Assembly (NCBI GenBank): GCA_002328025.1
Contig: DCVE01000013.1
Span: 42,579 to 106,578 of the forward strand
From: Patescibacteria group bacterium UBA2196
GTDB taxonomy: Bacteria; Patescibacteriota; Patescibacteriia; UBA2196
DNA length: 64,000 nucleotides
Direction: 5' to 3'
The position numbers and the translations under genes are program-made. The notes under the pieces were generated by a model that saw only the letters and a program-made list of their open reading frames with translations, searched no databases and was not told the origin of the DNA. This document shows, piece by piece, positions 56,269 through 64,000 of this stretch. How positions within the stretch are numbered: position 1 is the stretch's first letter; each line of letters begins with the position of its first letter.

Positions 56269-57357
56269 ATGAAAATTTTATTTGCTGGCGGCGGAACCAT
56301 GGGTTCGGTATCACCACTGCTGGCTATGGGTCAAAAAATTAAAACAGAACTTAATCAGCGCAATCAAGTTGCGGAATTTTTGTGGTTGGGAACCAAAAAC
56401 GGGCCCGAGAGGGAAGTGGTAGAAAAAAATAATATACGATTTTTGGTCATAGCGGCCGGCAAATTGCGACGTTATTTTGATTGGCGTAATGTGTTGGATG
56501 GTTTTAATATTTTTATGGCTATGTGGCAAAGTTTTTTTATTTTAATAAAATTTCGGCCGCAAGTTATTTTAACAGCTGGTTCTTTTGTGGCTGTGCCAGT
56601 GGCGGTGGTGGGTTGGATTTTGGGCATCCCAGTTTTTGTGCACCAGCAAGATGTTGAGTTTGGTTTGGCTAATAAAATTATGGCTTTTTTTGCCAAGAAA
56701 ATTACCGTGGCTTTGGAAAAATCTAGATGTGATTTTCCAGCTAGGAAAACATTTTTGGTTGGAAATCCTATTCGTCAATTTTCAAATAAATTTCAAATTT
56801 TAAATCTAAAATTTCAAAACACCTTGCCAACCATTTTAATTCTTGGTGGCGGAACCGGGGCTTTAGCTGTTAATGAACTGGTTTGGAATTCTTTAGAAGA
56901 ATTAACAAAATTTTGTAATATAATTCATGTAACTGGAAAATACAAAGCAATTAATAATGAGTCTGAAATTACCTGCCTTGCCGGTAGGCAGGTGAATTAT
57001 AAAGAAAATTATAAATCTTTTGAATTTTTAAATGAAGAAATGTTTGAAGTCATGCAAAATTCTGAACTGGTAATTTCTCGTGCTGGCATGGGTTTTTTAA
57101 CCGAGCTAGCATATTTTAGTAAGCCAACCATTATTATCCCGATGCCCAAGACGCACCAAGAAGCCAATGCAAAATATTTTGACGCTAAAAATGCGGGCGT
57201 ATATTTGCGACAGACAGAATTGACACCAAAAATTTTTGTGACGGAAATACACACTCTGTTAGATGATGAAAATAAGAAAAAAGATATGGGGAAAAATATG
57301 CATAATATTTTTATTGATTATAGTGGAGAAAAATTTTTGGCAGAAATTTTAAATTAA
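56269..57357 (+). CDS. murG: Lipid II GlcNAc transferase
   Basis: GGGTMGSVSP, GKLRRY, GNPIR, SRAG and HQEANA motifs. Confidence 0.93.
   Translation: MKILFAGGGTMGSVSPLLAMGQKIKTELNQRNQVAEFLWLGTKNGPEREVVEKNNIRFLVIAAGKLRRYFDWRNVLDGFNIFMAMWQSFFILIKFRPQVILTAGSFVAVPVAVVGWILGIPVFVHQQDVEFGLANKIMAFFAKKITVALEKSRCDFPARKTFLVGNPIRQFSNKFQILNLKFQNTLPTILILGGGTGALAVNELVWNSLEELTKFCNIIHVTGKYKAINNESEITCLAGRQVNYKENYKSFEFLNEEMFEVMQNSELVISRAGMGFLTELAYFSKPTIIIPMPKTHQEANAKYFDAKNAGVYLRQTELTPKIFVTEIHTLLDDENKKKDMGKNMHNIFIDYSGEKFLAEILN
56971..56993. repeat. In-frame palindrome in murG
   Basis: ACCTGCCT-TGCCGGT-AGGCAGGT, read as TCLAGRQV. Confidence 0.8.
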
Positions 57358-57361
57358 AATT

Positions 57362-58792
57362 ATGTTAGAACAAGAATTACTTAAAAAATTATTCCAACAA
57401 CATTTTAATGAAGAAGCCTTGGAAATAAAAGCTCTAAAAGGCGATGGCTCGGATCGCACTGTTTATCGTCTAACCAGTCAAAATAATACAGCCATTGGTG
57501 TGCATGGTAAAAATCGTAAAGAAAACGAAGCTTTTATTTCTTTTTCCAAAACACTGGCCGCACAAAAAATAAATGTGCCAGAAATTTATCTTTCAGATTT
57601 AGATCAGCATGTTTATTTAGAAGAAGATTTGGGTGATGAACTTTTGTTTACTTGGTTGGATAAAATTAGAAAAGAACAAAACAGTTTTAGTCCAGAGATA
57701 ATTGAAATGTATAAAAAGGTTTTAACGATTTTACCAACCATGCAAGCTGTGGCTGGACAAAAAATCAATTATGGATTGTGTTATCAGCACATAGAATTTG
57801 CGCACGAATCCATGTTGTGGGATATGCATTATTTTAAGTGGAATTTTTTAAATTTATTTTATAAAGATAATATTGATAATGAATTGTTGGAAAAAGATTT
57901 TAATGCTTTGGCCGATGTTTTAATACAGGAAGACAGAAATTTTTTTATGTACCGTGATTTTCAGTCAAGAAATATCATGCTAAAAAATAACGAACCATAT
58001 TTTATAGATTATCAATCTGGCCGGCGTGGCGCTTTGCAATATGATTTAGCCTCTTTGTTGTATGATGCCAAAGCTAAAATTCCACAAGAAACCAGAGAGG
58101 AGTTGTTAAATTTTTATTTGGGCGAGGTTAATAAGATCATCAAAGTTGAACCCGAAAGATTTAAAAAATATTTTTATGGTTTTGTCTTAATTCGTATTAT
58201 GCAGGCTTTGGGCGCGTATGGTTTTTTAGGTATTGTTAAAAATAAACCAAATTTTTTAAGCAGTATTCCTTTGGCCATTGAAAATTTAAAAACTATACAA
58301 AAACAGTGTTCTTTTTTGGCCGATTTACCCAGTCTAAATAAAATTATTAGTAGATTGTGTGAAATAGATAGTTGGCAAGAAAGCATGCCAGAAAATAAAA
58401 AATTAACTGTAAAGATATTTAGTTTTGGTTTTAAATATCCAGAACGCCCATTGGACGAAGCGGGTAATGGTGGGGGATTTGTTTTTGATTGTCGTGGTTT
58501 GGCCAACCCTTTTTGGGAAGAAAAATTAAAAAAATTAAGCGGTTTGGATGATGATATTAAGATTTTTTTAGATAGCAAAGAAAGAGTGCGGAATTTTTTA
58601 TTGCATGTTTACGAGTTGATAGATTTAACGATTTTAAGCTATCAAACCAAAGGTTACACAGATTTAATGGTTTCTTTTGGTTGCACTGGTGGTTTGCATC
58701 GTTCGGTTTATTGTGCAGAAAGATTAGCTGAGCATTTAAAAAACAAGGGTATTAAAGTTAGCGTAGAACATTTAGCTTTAAAAAATTTATGA
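57362..58792 (+). CDS. AmgK-like sugar phosphotransferase fused to a RapZ C-terminal domain
   Basis: GSDR..YR, EDLGD, YRDFQSRNIM, IDYQ and YDLASLL; then SFGFKY, FDCRGLANP and GCTGGLHRSV. Confidence 0.85.
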   Translation: MLEQELLKKLFQQHFNEEALEIKALKGDGSDRTVYRLTSQNNTAIGVHGKNRKENEAFISFSKTLAAQKINVPEIYLSDLDQHVYLEEDLGDELLFTWLDKIRKEQNSFSPEIIEMYKKVLTILPTMQAVAGQKINYGLCYQHIEFAHESMLWDMHYFKWNFLNLFYKDNIDNELLEKDFNALADVLIQEDRNFFMYRDFQSRNIMLKNNEPYFIDYQSGRRGALQYDLASLLYDAKAKIPQETREELLNFYLGEVNKIIKVEPERFKKYFYGFVLIRIMQALGAYGFLGIVKNKPNFLSSIPLAIENLKTIQKQCSFLADLPSLNKIISRLCEIDSWQESMPENKKLTVKIFSFGFKYPERPLDEAGNGGGFVFDCRGLANPFWEEKLKKLSGLDDDIKIFLDSKERVRNFLLHVYELIDLTILSYQTKGYTDLMVSFGCTGGLHRSVYCAERLAEHLKNKGIKVSVEHLALKNL

Positions 58793-59526
58793 AAGCTTTG
58801 ATTTTGGCTGCCGGTTTCGGTACTCGGCTTAGACCTTTGACCGACACGATACCCAAGCCTTTGGTTCAAATTGGTTCTCTAACTTTTTTAGAGAGAGCGA
58901 TTAATTATTTAAAAAATTTTGGTGTTCAAGAAATAGCCATCAACAGTCATTATTTGGCTGAAAAATTGGAAAATTTTATTAAACAAAAAAAAGATTGGGG
59001 CGTGCCAATAAAAATATTTTTTGAACCAGAAATATCGGGTGTTGGTGGTGCTATAAAAAATGCAGCCAATTTTTTAAAAGATTCTGATCCTTTCATTGTT
59101 TTTAATGCTGATATTTTGACAGATATTGATTTAAATTTAGCTTTCAATTTTTTTAAAAAAAGTCAAAGTTTGGCAACTTTATTAGTTAATAATAGAAAAA
59201 CACAAAGACCTCTTTTGGTTGATAAAAATAATTATTTGGTGGGGCATTTGGATAAAACAACAAAGGTTCAAAAATTGGCCGTGACTAATTACGAAAAACC
59301 TTTAAAGGAAGTTGGTTTTACAGGTATACATATTGTTTCGCCAAAAATTTTTGATTTAATGCCCAAAAGCGCTAAATTTAGCGTAGTGGATTTTTATTTA
59401 GATTTGGTTATCCAGGCACATTTAATTAATGTTTTAGAATTTAATGAGGCTTATTGGCAAGATGTGGGAACTTTTGAGCGTTTAAAACAGACAGAAGCAG
59501 ACATCAGAAGTGGTAAAATAAAATAA
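58789..59526 (+). CDS. MurU-like nucleotidyltransferase
   Basis: ILAAGFGTRLRPLTDTIPKPLV and WQDVGT motifs; ATGA-coupled to the kinase gene. Confidence 0.85.
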   Translation: MKALILAAGFGTRLRPLTDTIPKPLVQIGSLTFLERAINYLKNFGVQEIAINSHYLAEKLENFIKQKKDWGVPIKIFFEPEISGVGGAIKNAANFLKDSDPFIVFNADILTDIDLNLAFNFFKKSQSLATLLVNNRKTQRPLLVDKNNYLVGHLDKTTKVQKLAVTNYEKPLKEVGFTGIHIVSPKIFDLMPKSAKFSVVDFYLDLVIQAHLINVLEFNEAYWQDVGTFERLKQTEADIRSGKIK

Positions 59527-59654
59527 TTTATTTAATCCAGTGATTAATAAAAAAGATAATTCTCGGTGCTTTTTAGCACAGAGTTTTTAGTTGGTCGTAT
59601 TTTTGACTTAATCGGGCATAATTGGTAAGATTGAGTTGATTTTAAGTAGTTTTT

Positions 59655-60662
59655 ATGTTTATAAAAAAGATTGCCATTGACTTGGGTACAACTTACACCT
59701 TAGTTTTTTTACCTGGCAAGGGCATTATTATTAATGAACCTTCGGTGGTGGCTTATAGCACCAGTGATAAAAAAGTTTTGGCAGTTGGTGATGAAGCTAA
59801 AGAAATGTTGGGACGCACTCCTGATACTATTATGGCTGCGCGACCGTTAAAGGATGGTGTAATTGCTGATTATAAAACCACGGAAGCCATGTTAAGATAT
59901 TTTATTAACAAAGCGCTGGGTGGTGTGCGTTTATTTCGACCAGAAGTGATGGTGGCGGTACCGGCCGGCATTACATCCACCGAAAAAAGGGCTGTAGTTG
60001 ACGCTACGCTGTCGGCAGGCGCAAAAGCGGCTTATATTATAAAAGAACCGATTGCGGCCGCTATTGGGGCCAATGTGCCGATTGGTTCAGCTTCTGGACA
60101 CATGATTGTGGATATGGGTGGTGGAACCTCAGAAGTGGCAGTTATTTCTCTGGGTGGTATTGTGGCCAACACTTCGGTGCGTATTGGTGGTAATAAAATT
60201 GACGCGGCTATTCAAGAATTTATTCGACGCAAATATAATTTGGCAATTGGTGAGCGCACAGCTGAAGACATAAAAATTCAAGTTGGTTCAGCATTATTTT
60301 TGGATAAACCTTTAAAAATGGAAGCCAAGGGCCGTGACATGATTTCGGGTTTACCGCGCATGATAGAAGTTACATCCAATGATGTGACCGAAGCAGTGCA
60401 AGATGAATTGATTGGTATTGTGGGCGCGGTCAAAGACGTTTTGTATAAAACTCCACCTGAACTTTCGGCTGATGTGATGGACAAGGGCATGGTGCTTTCT
60501 GGTGGCACATCACTTTTAAGAAATATGGATAAACTGTTGTCTCAAGCTACAGGTATTCCGGCTTATAATGCCGAAGATGGATTGTTGTGCGTGGCCAAGG
60601 GAACTGGCATTGCTTTAGATAATTTGGAGGCTTATAAACGTAGTATTTTGGCAACCAAATAA
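59655..60662 (+). CDS. mreB: Rod shape-determining protein MreB
   Basis: IDLGT, EPSVVA, RPLKDGVIAD, DMGGGT and SGG motifs. Confidence 0.97.
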   Translation: MFIKKIAIDLGTTYTLVFLPGKGIIINEPSVVAYSTSDKKVLAVGDEAKEMLGRTPDTIMAARPLKDGVIADYKTTEAMLRYFINKALGGVRLFRPEVMVAVPAGITSTEKRAVVDATLSAGAKAAYIIKEPIAAAIGANVPIGSASGHMIVDMGGGTSEVAVISLGGIVANTSVRIGGNKIDAAIQEFIRRKYNLAIGERTAEDIKIQVGSALFLDKPLKMEAKGRDMISGLPRMIEVTSNDVTEAVQDELIGIVGAVKDVLYKTPPELSADVMDKGMVLSGGTSLLRNMDKLLSQATGIPAYNAEDGLLCVAKGTGIALDNLEAYKRSILATK

Positions 60663-60670
60663 AACTATTT

Positions 60671-61768
60671 ATGAAAATTTTAATTGTCCATGATCGTTTT
60701 ATGTTTCGCGGTGGTGCCGAACGTTTAGTTTTGATTATGGCTAAAGCTTTGCAGGCTGATTTGATGACTGAATTTTGGATAGACGGCGAAACATTTGAAC
60801 GGGCTGAAGCGCCCGGTAAGCTGTTTGTTTTGGATAAAGGTAATCCAGCTTATGAGGTTTTACGATATTTTCGTGCACAATTTAATTTTTTATTTAAGAC
60901 CAGAAAAATTGTTCGTCGGTATGACGTGGTGATTTTTTCTGGTAATAATTGTTTGATTGCAAATTGGCATTTAAAAAGAAATCAAAAAAGATTTATTTAT
61001 TGCCATTCGCCAGTCAGACATGTTTTTGATTTGTATAAAAAATTTCGTGCTCAAAGGCCGGAACTGTGGAAAAAAATTATTTATTATGACATTGGCGCCT
61101 GGGGTATCCGATTAATTTATTGGTTTAATTTAATGTCTTTTAAAAAAGTTATTGCTAATTCAAAAAATACTCAGGCGCGTCTGTGGAAATATTGCCGAAA
61201 AAAATCTGAGGTTATTTGGCCGCCCATTCAAACTAACAAATTCAAATGGATTTCCTGTGGCGATTATTATTTATCTTTTGCGCGAGTTGATAAATTAAAA
61301 AGAGTGGGGGACATTGTTAAAGCTTTTCAAAAAATGCCAAATAAAAAATTGGTTGTTTGCTCAGCTGGCGATGATTTTGAAAATGTAAAAAGTTTAGCTA
61401 GAGGTTTTAATAATATTGAAATTAGGGGCTGGCAAAGCGACGAAGAACTTAGGTTGCTCATTGGTAATTGTATTGCCACGCTTTATATTCCTATTGATGA
61501 AGATTTTGGTATGACGCCTTTGGAGGCGATGTCGGCCGGCAAACCTTGCATCGGAGTTTTTGATGGGGGATTAAAGGAAACCATTGTTGATGAAAAAACC
61601 GGTAAGTTTATAACGGCAGATTATATACTTGATGATATTATTAAAGTTGTAGAATGGCTATCACCAGAGCAAGCTTTAAAAATGCGTGCGAATTGTGAAA
61701 CTCAAGCTGAAAAGTTTAGCGAAGATAAATTTATAGACAAGATACAAAAAGTAATTAGTGAATTATAA
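60671..61768 (+). CDS. GT4 family glycosyltransferase
   Basis: GGAER, YCHSP and DEDFGMTPLEAM motifs. Confidence 0.92.
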   Translation: MKILIVHDRFMFRGGAERLVLIMAKALQADLMTEFWIDGETFERAEAPGKLFVLDKGNPAYEVLRYFRAQFNFLFKTRKIVRRYDVVIFSGNNCLIANWHLKRNQKRFIYCHSPVRHVFDLYKKFRAQRPELWKKIIYYDIGAWGIRLIYWFNLMSFKKVIANSKNTQARLWKYCRKKSEVIWPPIQTNKFKWISCGDYYLSFARVDKLKRVGDIVKAFQKMPNKKLVVCSAGDDFENVKSLARGFNNIEIRGWQSDEELRLLIGNCIATLYIPIDEDFGMTPLEAMSAGKPCIGVFDGGLKETIVDEKTGKFITADYILDDIIKVVEWLSPEQALKMRANCETQAEKFSEDKFIDKIQKVISEL

Positions 61769-61781
61769 ACTTATAATTGGT

Positions 61782-61870
61782 AATTATCGTATTGGCATCA
61801 TCCAAAGTTACGATAGCAATTTGGGCGGAGGCTTTTTAAAAAAGCCGTAACCAGATATGCGCTGTTATCT
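61782..61870 (-). mobile_element. attC-like site 3 (degenerate, distal)
   Basis: On +: AAC-CAGATATGCGC-T-GTTATCT arm intact; opposite arm decayed (ATC-GTAT-TGGCATCATCCA-AA-GTT); inner AATTTGGGCGGA. Confidence 0.6.
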
Positions 61871-61905
61871 GGTGTTTTATTTTTAAATTTCCCCCCTTCC
61901 TTATT

Positions 61906-62569
61906 TTATTTTATCAACAGCATCGTATTGAATCTGTAATGGTTTATTTTATCCTCTAACACTCCGGCTCTTTGGTCGACTAGTTTCAAAGGTTTCAATA
62001 CGGATTTAAGTTCAAACATGGAGTATGCTTTTGAATAATGCCCGTTTTGAATCTTATATTTCTTGCCCTTAAAGAGACCTGGTAGCGATTCATCAAATTC
62101 AGAAAAAATGGTATACCCCATGGCTTTTAATAGCACCCTTTACATTTTCCAAATAAGTCTTTTTATATTGACTTCTGATGTGATCCAAAACGCTCCAATC
62201 AATAACGATATCGAAAGCCCCTAGGTCTTTTAAAATATTTTTTACCGTGAGATCGGCAATTTTCAAATGCACTTTTTTGTCACCCCTGAATCTTTTTCGA
62301 CAAAGTTTTATGGCCTCTTTGGAAAAATCAACCCCCCAAACTTCAAATCCGAGTTTGCGAAAATATTCCATATGTCTTCCGTCGCCGCATCCGACATCCA
62401 AAATCCTCTTGGCAGAAGTATTTTTTGCTAGCTTATTTTTCTTGACAATATCAACCACGGATCTGCTCGGCGCGTATTCCCAGCTAAATTTTCGCTCGCG
62501 CCGTTTCTCATTGTTCGAAAAAGCTTTTCTGTAAAATGCCAGCTCATTTATTAAATGTTCCTTTTTCAT
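61906..62569 (-). pseudogene. Class I SAM-dependent methyltransferase, frameshifted (cassette gene)
   Basis: ILDVGCGDGRH and GVDFS motifs; two overlapping ORFs join as ...IKSHG|YTIFSEF if one base of the C4 run at 62116-62119 is removed. Confidence 0.8.
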
Positions 62570-62629
62570 TTTTTGTAAAAAATATTTTAATAAATAGAAA
62601 AAAAGGGGGGGATTTAAAAATATAATTTT

Positions 62630-62754
62630 ACTTAATGGCGGAGACTATGGGAAGTTTGGTGGCGGTATAATTTGCGTCCAAGCACTCACCGCCAACAAAT
62701 TTGGGTGAATGACTGAGCGAAGCGAAGGAGTGAACTTCATGGTTTCTGTTAGCT
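62630..62754 (-). mobile_element. attC-like site 2
   Basis: On +: ACTTAAT-GGCG-GAGACTATGGG-AA-GTT ... AAC-TTCATGGTTTC-T-GTTAGCT; arms pair with G-T wobbles only on the + (bottom) strand. Confidence 0.72.
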
Positions 62755-62772
62755 GATGTTGGGCTGTTTTTT

Positions 62773-63387
62773 TTAATTAAGCTTTAATGTTGGTTCAACA
62801 ACATCTCTTATTTCTTGGCATCCAATTGCTTTGCCCGAGCCATCATCAAAGCCACTCCCGCAAGAATTTACAAAGAGGAGCCAACGGCTATTAAGCTTTG
62901 TTGGGTAGGCGTCTCCGCCTGCAGCGCAAATGTCAAAATCTTTCTTGAATTGGTCGAGTGAAGTGTATTCAGCTTTGTTGGGCAGAAGCGTTACGACAAA
63001 AGTGTCAGATTCTTGACTTGCACCAGTGTACTTGAAGTTATAGACGGTTTTGGTTGCACCGCTGAATTTTGAAACCAAGCTGTTAAAATAACTTGCCGTC
63101 CGTTCATTACCACATTCTTGAGCCATTGAAACCAGTTGGTCAGCGGTGTAACCAAATGGTGCTGTTGTTTTGGAAACAGAAGCGGAGACGCCACTTGTTG
63201 AATAAGCGAGAGGTTCCTTTGGATCCTCTTTGTCTGCAGTTGTTGTCTTGGTTGTGTCAGTTGTTATATTAGCGACTTCTTCTTGAATAACCTTGTTTTG
63301 TTGCCACCAATAAATTCCACCACCGACAACAACTGCGGTGACGAGGATGGCGAGGGCGATTGCCCACACATTGCTTTTTGATTCCAT
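62773..63387 (-). CDS. Membrane-anchored exported hypothetical protein (cassette gene)
   Basis: N-terminal TM, Thr-rich linker and 4 Cys; higher GC than the core genes. Confidence 0.85.
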   Translation of the reverse strand: MESKSNVWAIALAILVTAVVVGGGIYWWQQNKVIQEEVANITTDTTKTTTADKEDPKEPLAYSTSGVSASVSKTTAPFGYTADQLVSMAQECGNERTASYFNSLVSKFSGATKTVYNFKYTGASQESDTFVVTLLPNKAEYTSLDQFKKDFDICAAGGDAYPTKLNSRWLLFVNSCGSGFDDGSGKAIGCQEIRDVVEPTLKLN

Positions 63388-63453
63388 AGTGATTTGGGTT
63401 AATTAGTAAATAAATTATATGTTAAGTGTTTGGATAAAAACAGCCCAATTTCC

Positions 63454-63647
63454 GCACAACGTTTGCTTGTATGCGATGTTTTGCACCGATTCAAGCGGTA
63501 ATTACTTTCAGTTTAGCAGATTTGTTTTTAGATTTGAAGACTTTGTATTATCGCCATTCAGAGGTGCAAAATATGGGTGGAGTAAAAATGACATTCCATA
63601 AAATTACAAAGAGTCATTTTTACGGAACCGCATACAAGCTGTTAAAC
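63454..63647 (-). mobile_element. attC-like site 1
   Basis: Minus strand GTTTAAC-A-GCTTGTATGCG ... CGCATACAAGC-AAAC-GTTGTGC; perfect 11-bp arms and two internal hairpins. Confidence 0.8.
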
Positions 63648-63731
63648 GATGTAATTAAAAATCAATTCCTTATTATTCTTTTGCCAAGACACTTTTTTGG
63701 TTTTTCAAATGTAATGAATTTTATTTTTTTC

Positions 63732-63786
63732 GTTTTTGGCTTTCGACAAGAGGGGATTAAGGGGTGAATTGTCGAAAGCCAAAAAC
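63732..63786. repeat. Perfect 18-bp inverted repeat
   Basis: GTTTTTGGCTTTCGACAA-19 nt-TTGTCGAAAGCCAAAAAC. Confidence 0.85.
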
Positions 63787-63791
63787 ACCTT

Positions 63792-63998
63792 TTATTCTTC
63801 AAGTAATCTGTTTATTGTTTTTGGCCATTCCGCTAATGATTTATCTGTTAGTAAAGCAATTAATTCTTGACTGTCCATTTTTCTTTTTTTGCGAAACAAC
63901 CTAAAACTCTCAACAGCATTCGATATTATTTTCTTATACTTATTCTCAAAAAGTTCTCTAAGTGTATTTTGATATAATTCATCATCTTTCTTTGGTTC
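63792..63998 (-). CDS. C-terminal 68 aa of a gene entering from the right edge (probable cassette gene)
   Basis: Open frame EPKKDDELYQ...WPKTINRLLEE-TAA; not in the ORF track. Confidence 0.7.
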   Translation of the reverse strand, partial: EPKKDDELYQNTLRELFENKYKKIISNAVESFRLFRKKRKMDSQELIALLTDKSLAEWPKTINRLLEE

Positions 63999-64000
63999 AA

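Noticed and set aside
63419-63767. Plus-strand ORFs of 60 and 98 aa
   Set aside because: They run antisense across attC-like site 1 and the 18-bp hairpin.

Overview
An AT-rich bacterial chromosome segment, most consistent with a Patescibacteria/CPR genome (ABY1-like; this is inference from the short AlaRS and L13, the CTD-less RpoA, the compact RNase P RNA, the PEGA and baseplate-J-like membrane proteins, and the near absence of Shine-Dalgarno sites). Genetic code 11. From left to right: a surface-glycosylation cluster (GT2/GT4/GT-C enzymes and a priming sugar transferase) with rnpB embedded in it; HIT, ctpA, rplI, pyrG, rpmA; an iscU-nfu-iscS Fe-S cluster; an orphan Rossmann-fold protein and a 7TM histidine kinase; a minimal NuoF-like subunit and an [FeFe]-hydrogenase running into pgk-eno-gpmI-gpmI-mutM; the mraZ-rsmH-ftsL-ftsI-murF cluster; alaS; the infA-rpsI operon; a two-gene accessory islet; a flippase and glycosyltransferases; tRNA-Glu; murG, an AmgK-RapZ-like fusion, a murU-like gene and mreB. 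The main unexplained structure is (1) a minus-strand integron-like cassette array at the right edge, with three atypical attC-like sites of shared architecture and cassette-specific terminal inverted repeats; (2) a ~370-nt hairpin-rich unit with a near-consensus promoter and a terminator but no long ORF, a candidate new ncRNA; and (3) at least three families of GC-rich palindromes inserted in frame into enzymes (IscS, IscU, hydrogenase, AlaRS, MurG, a GT4). All calls come from reading motifs by eye; no database search was run.
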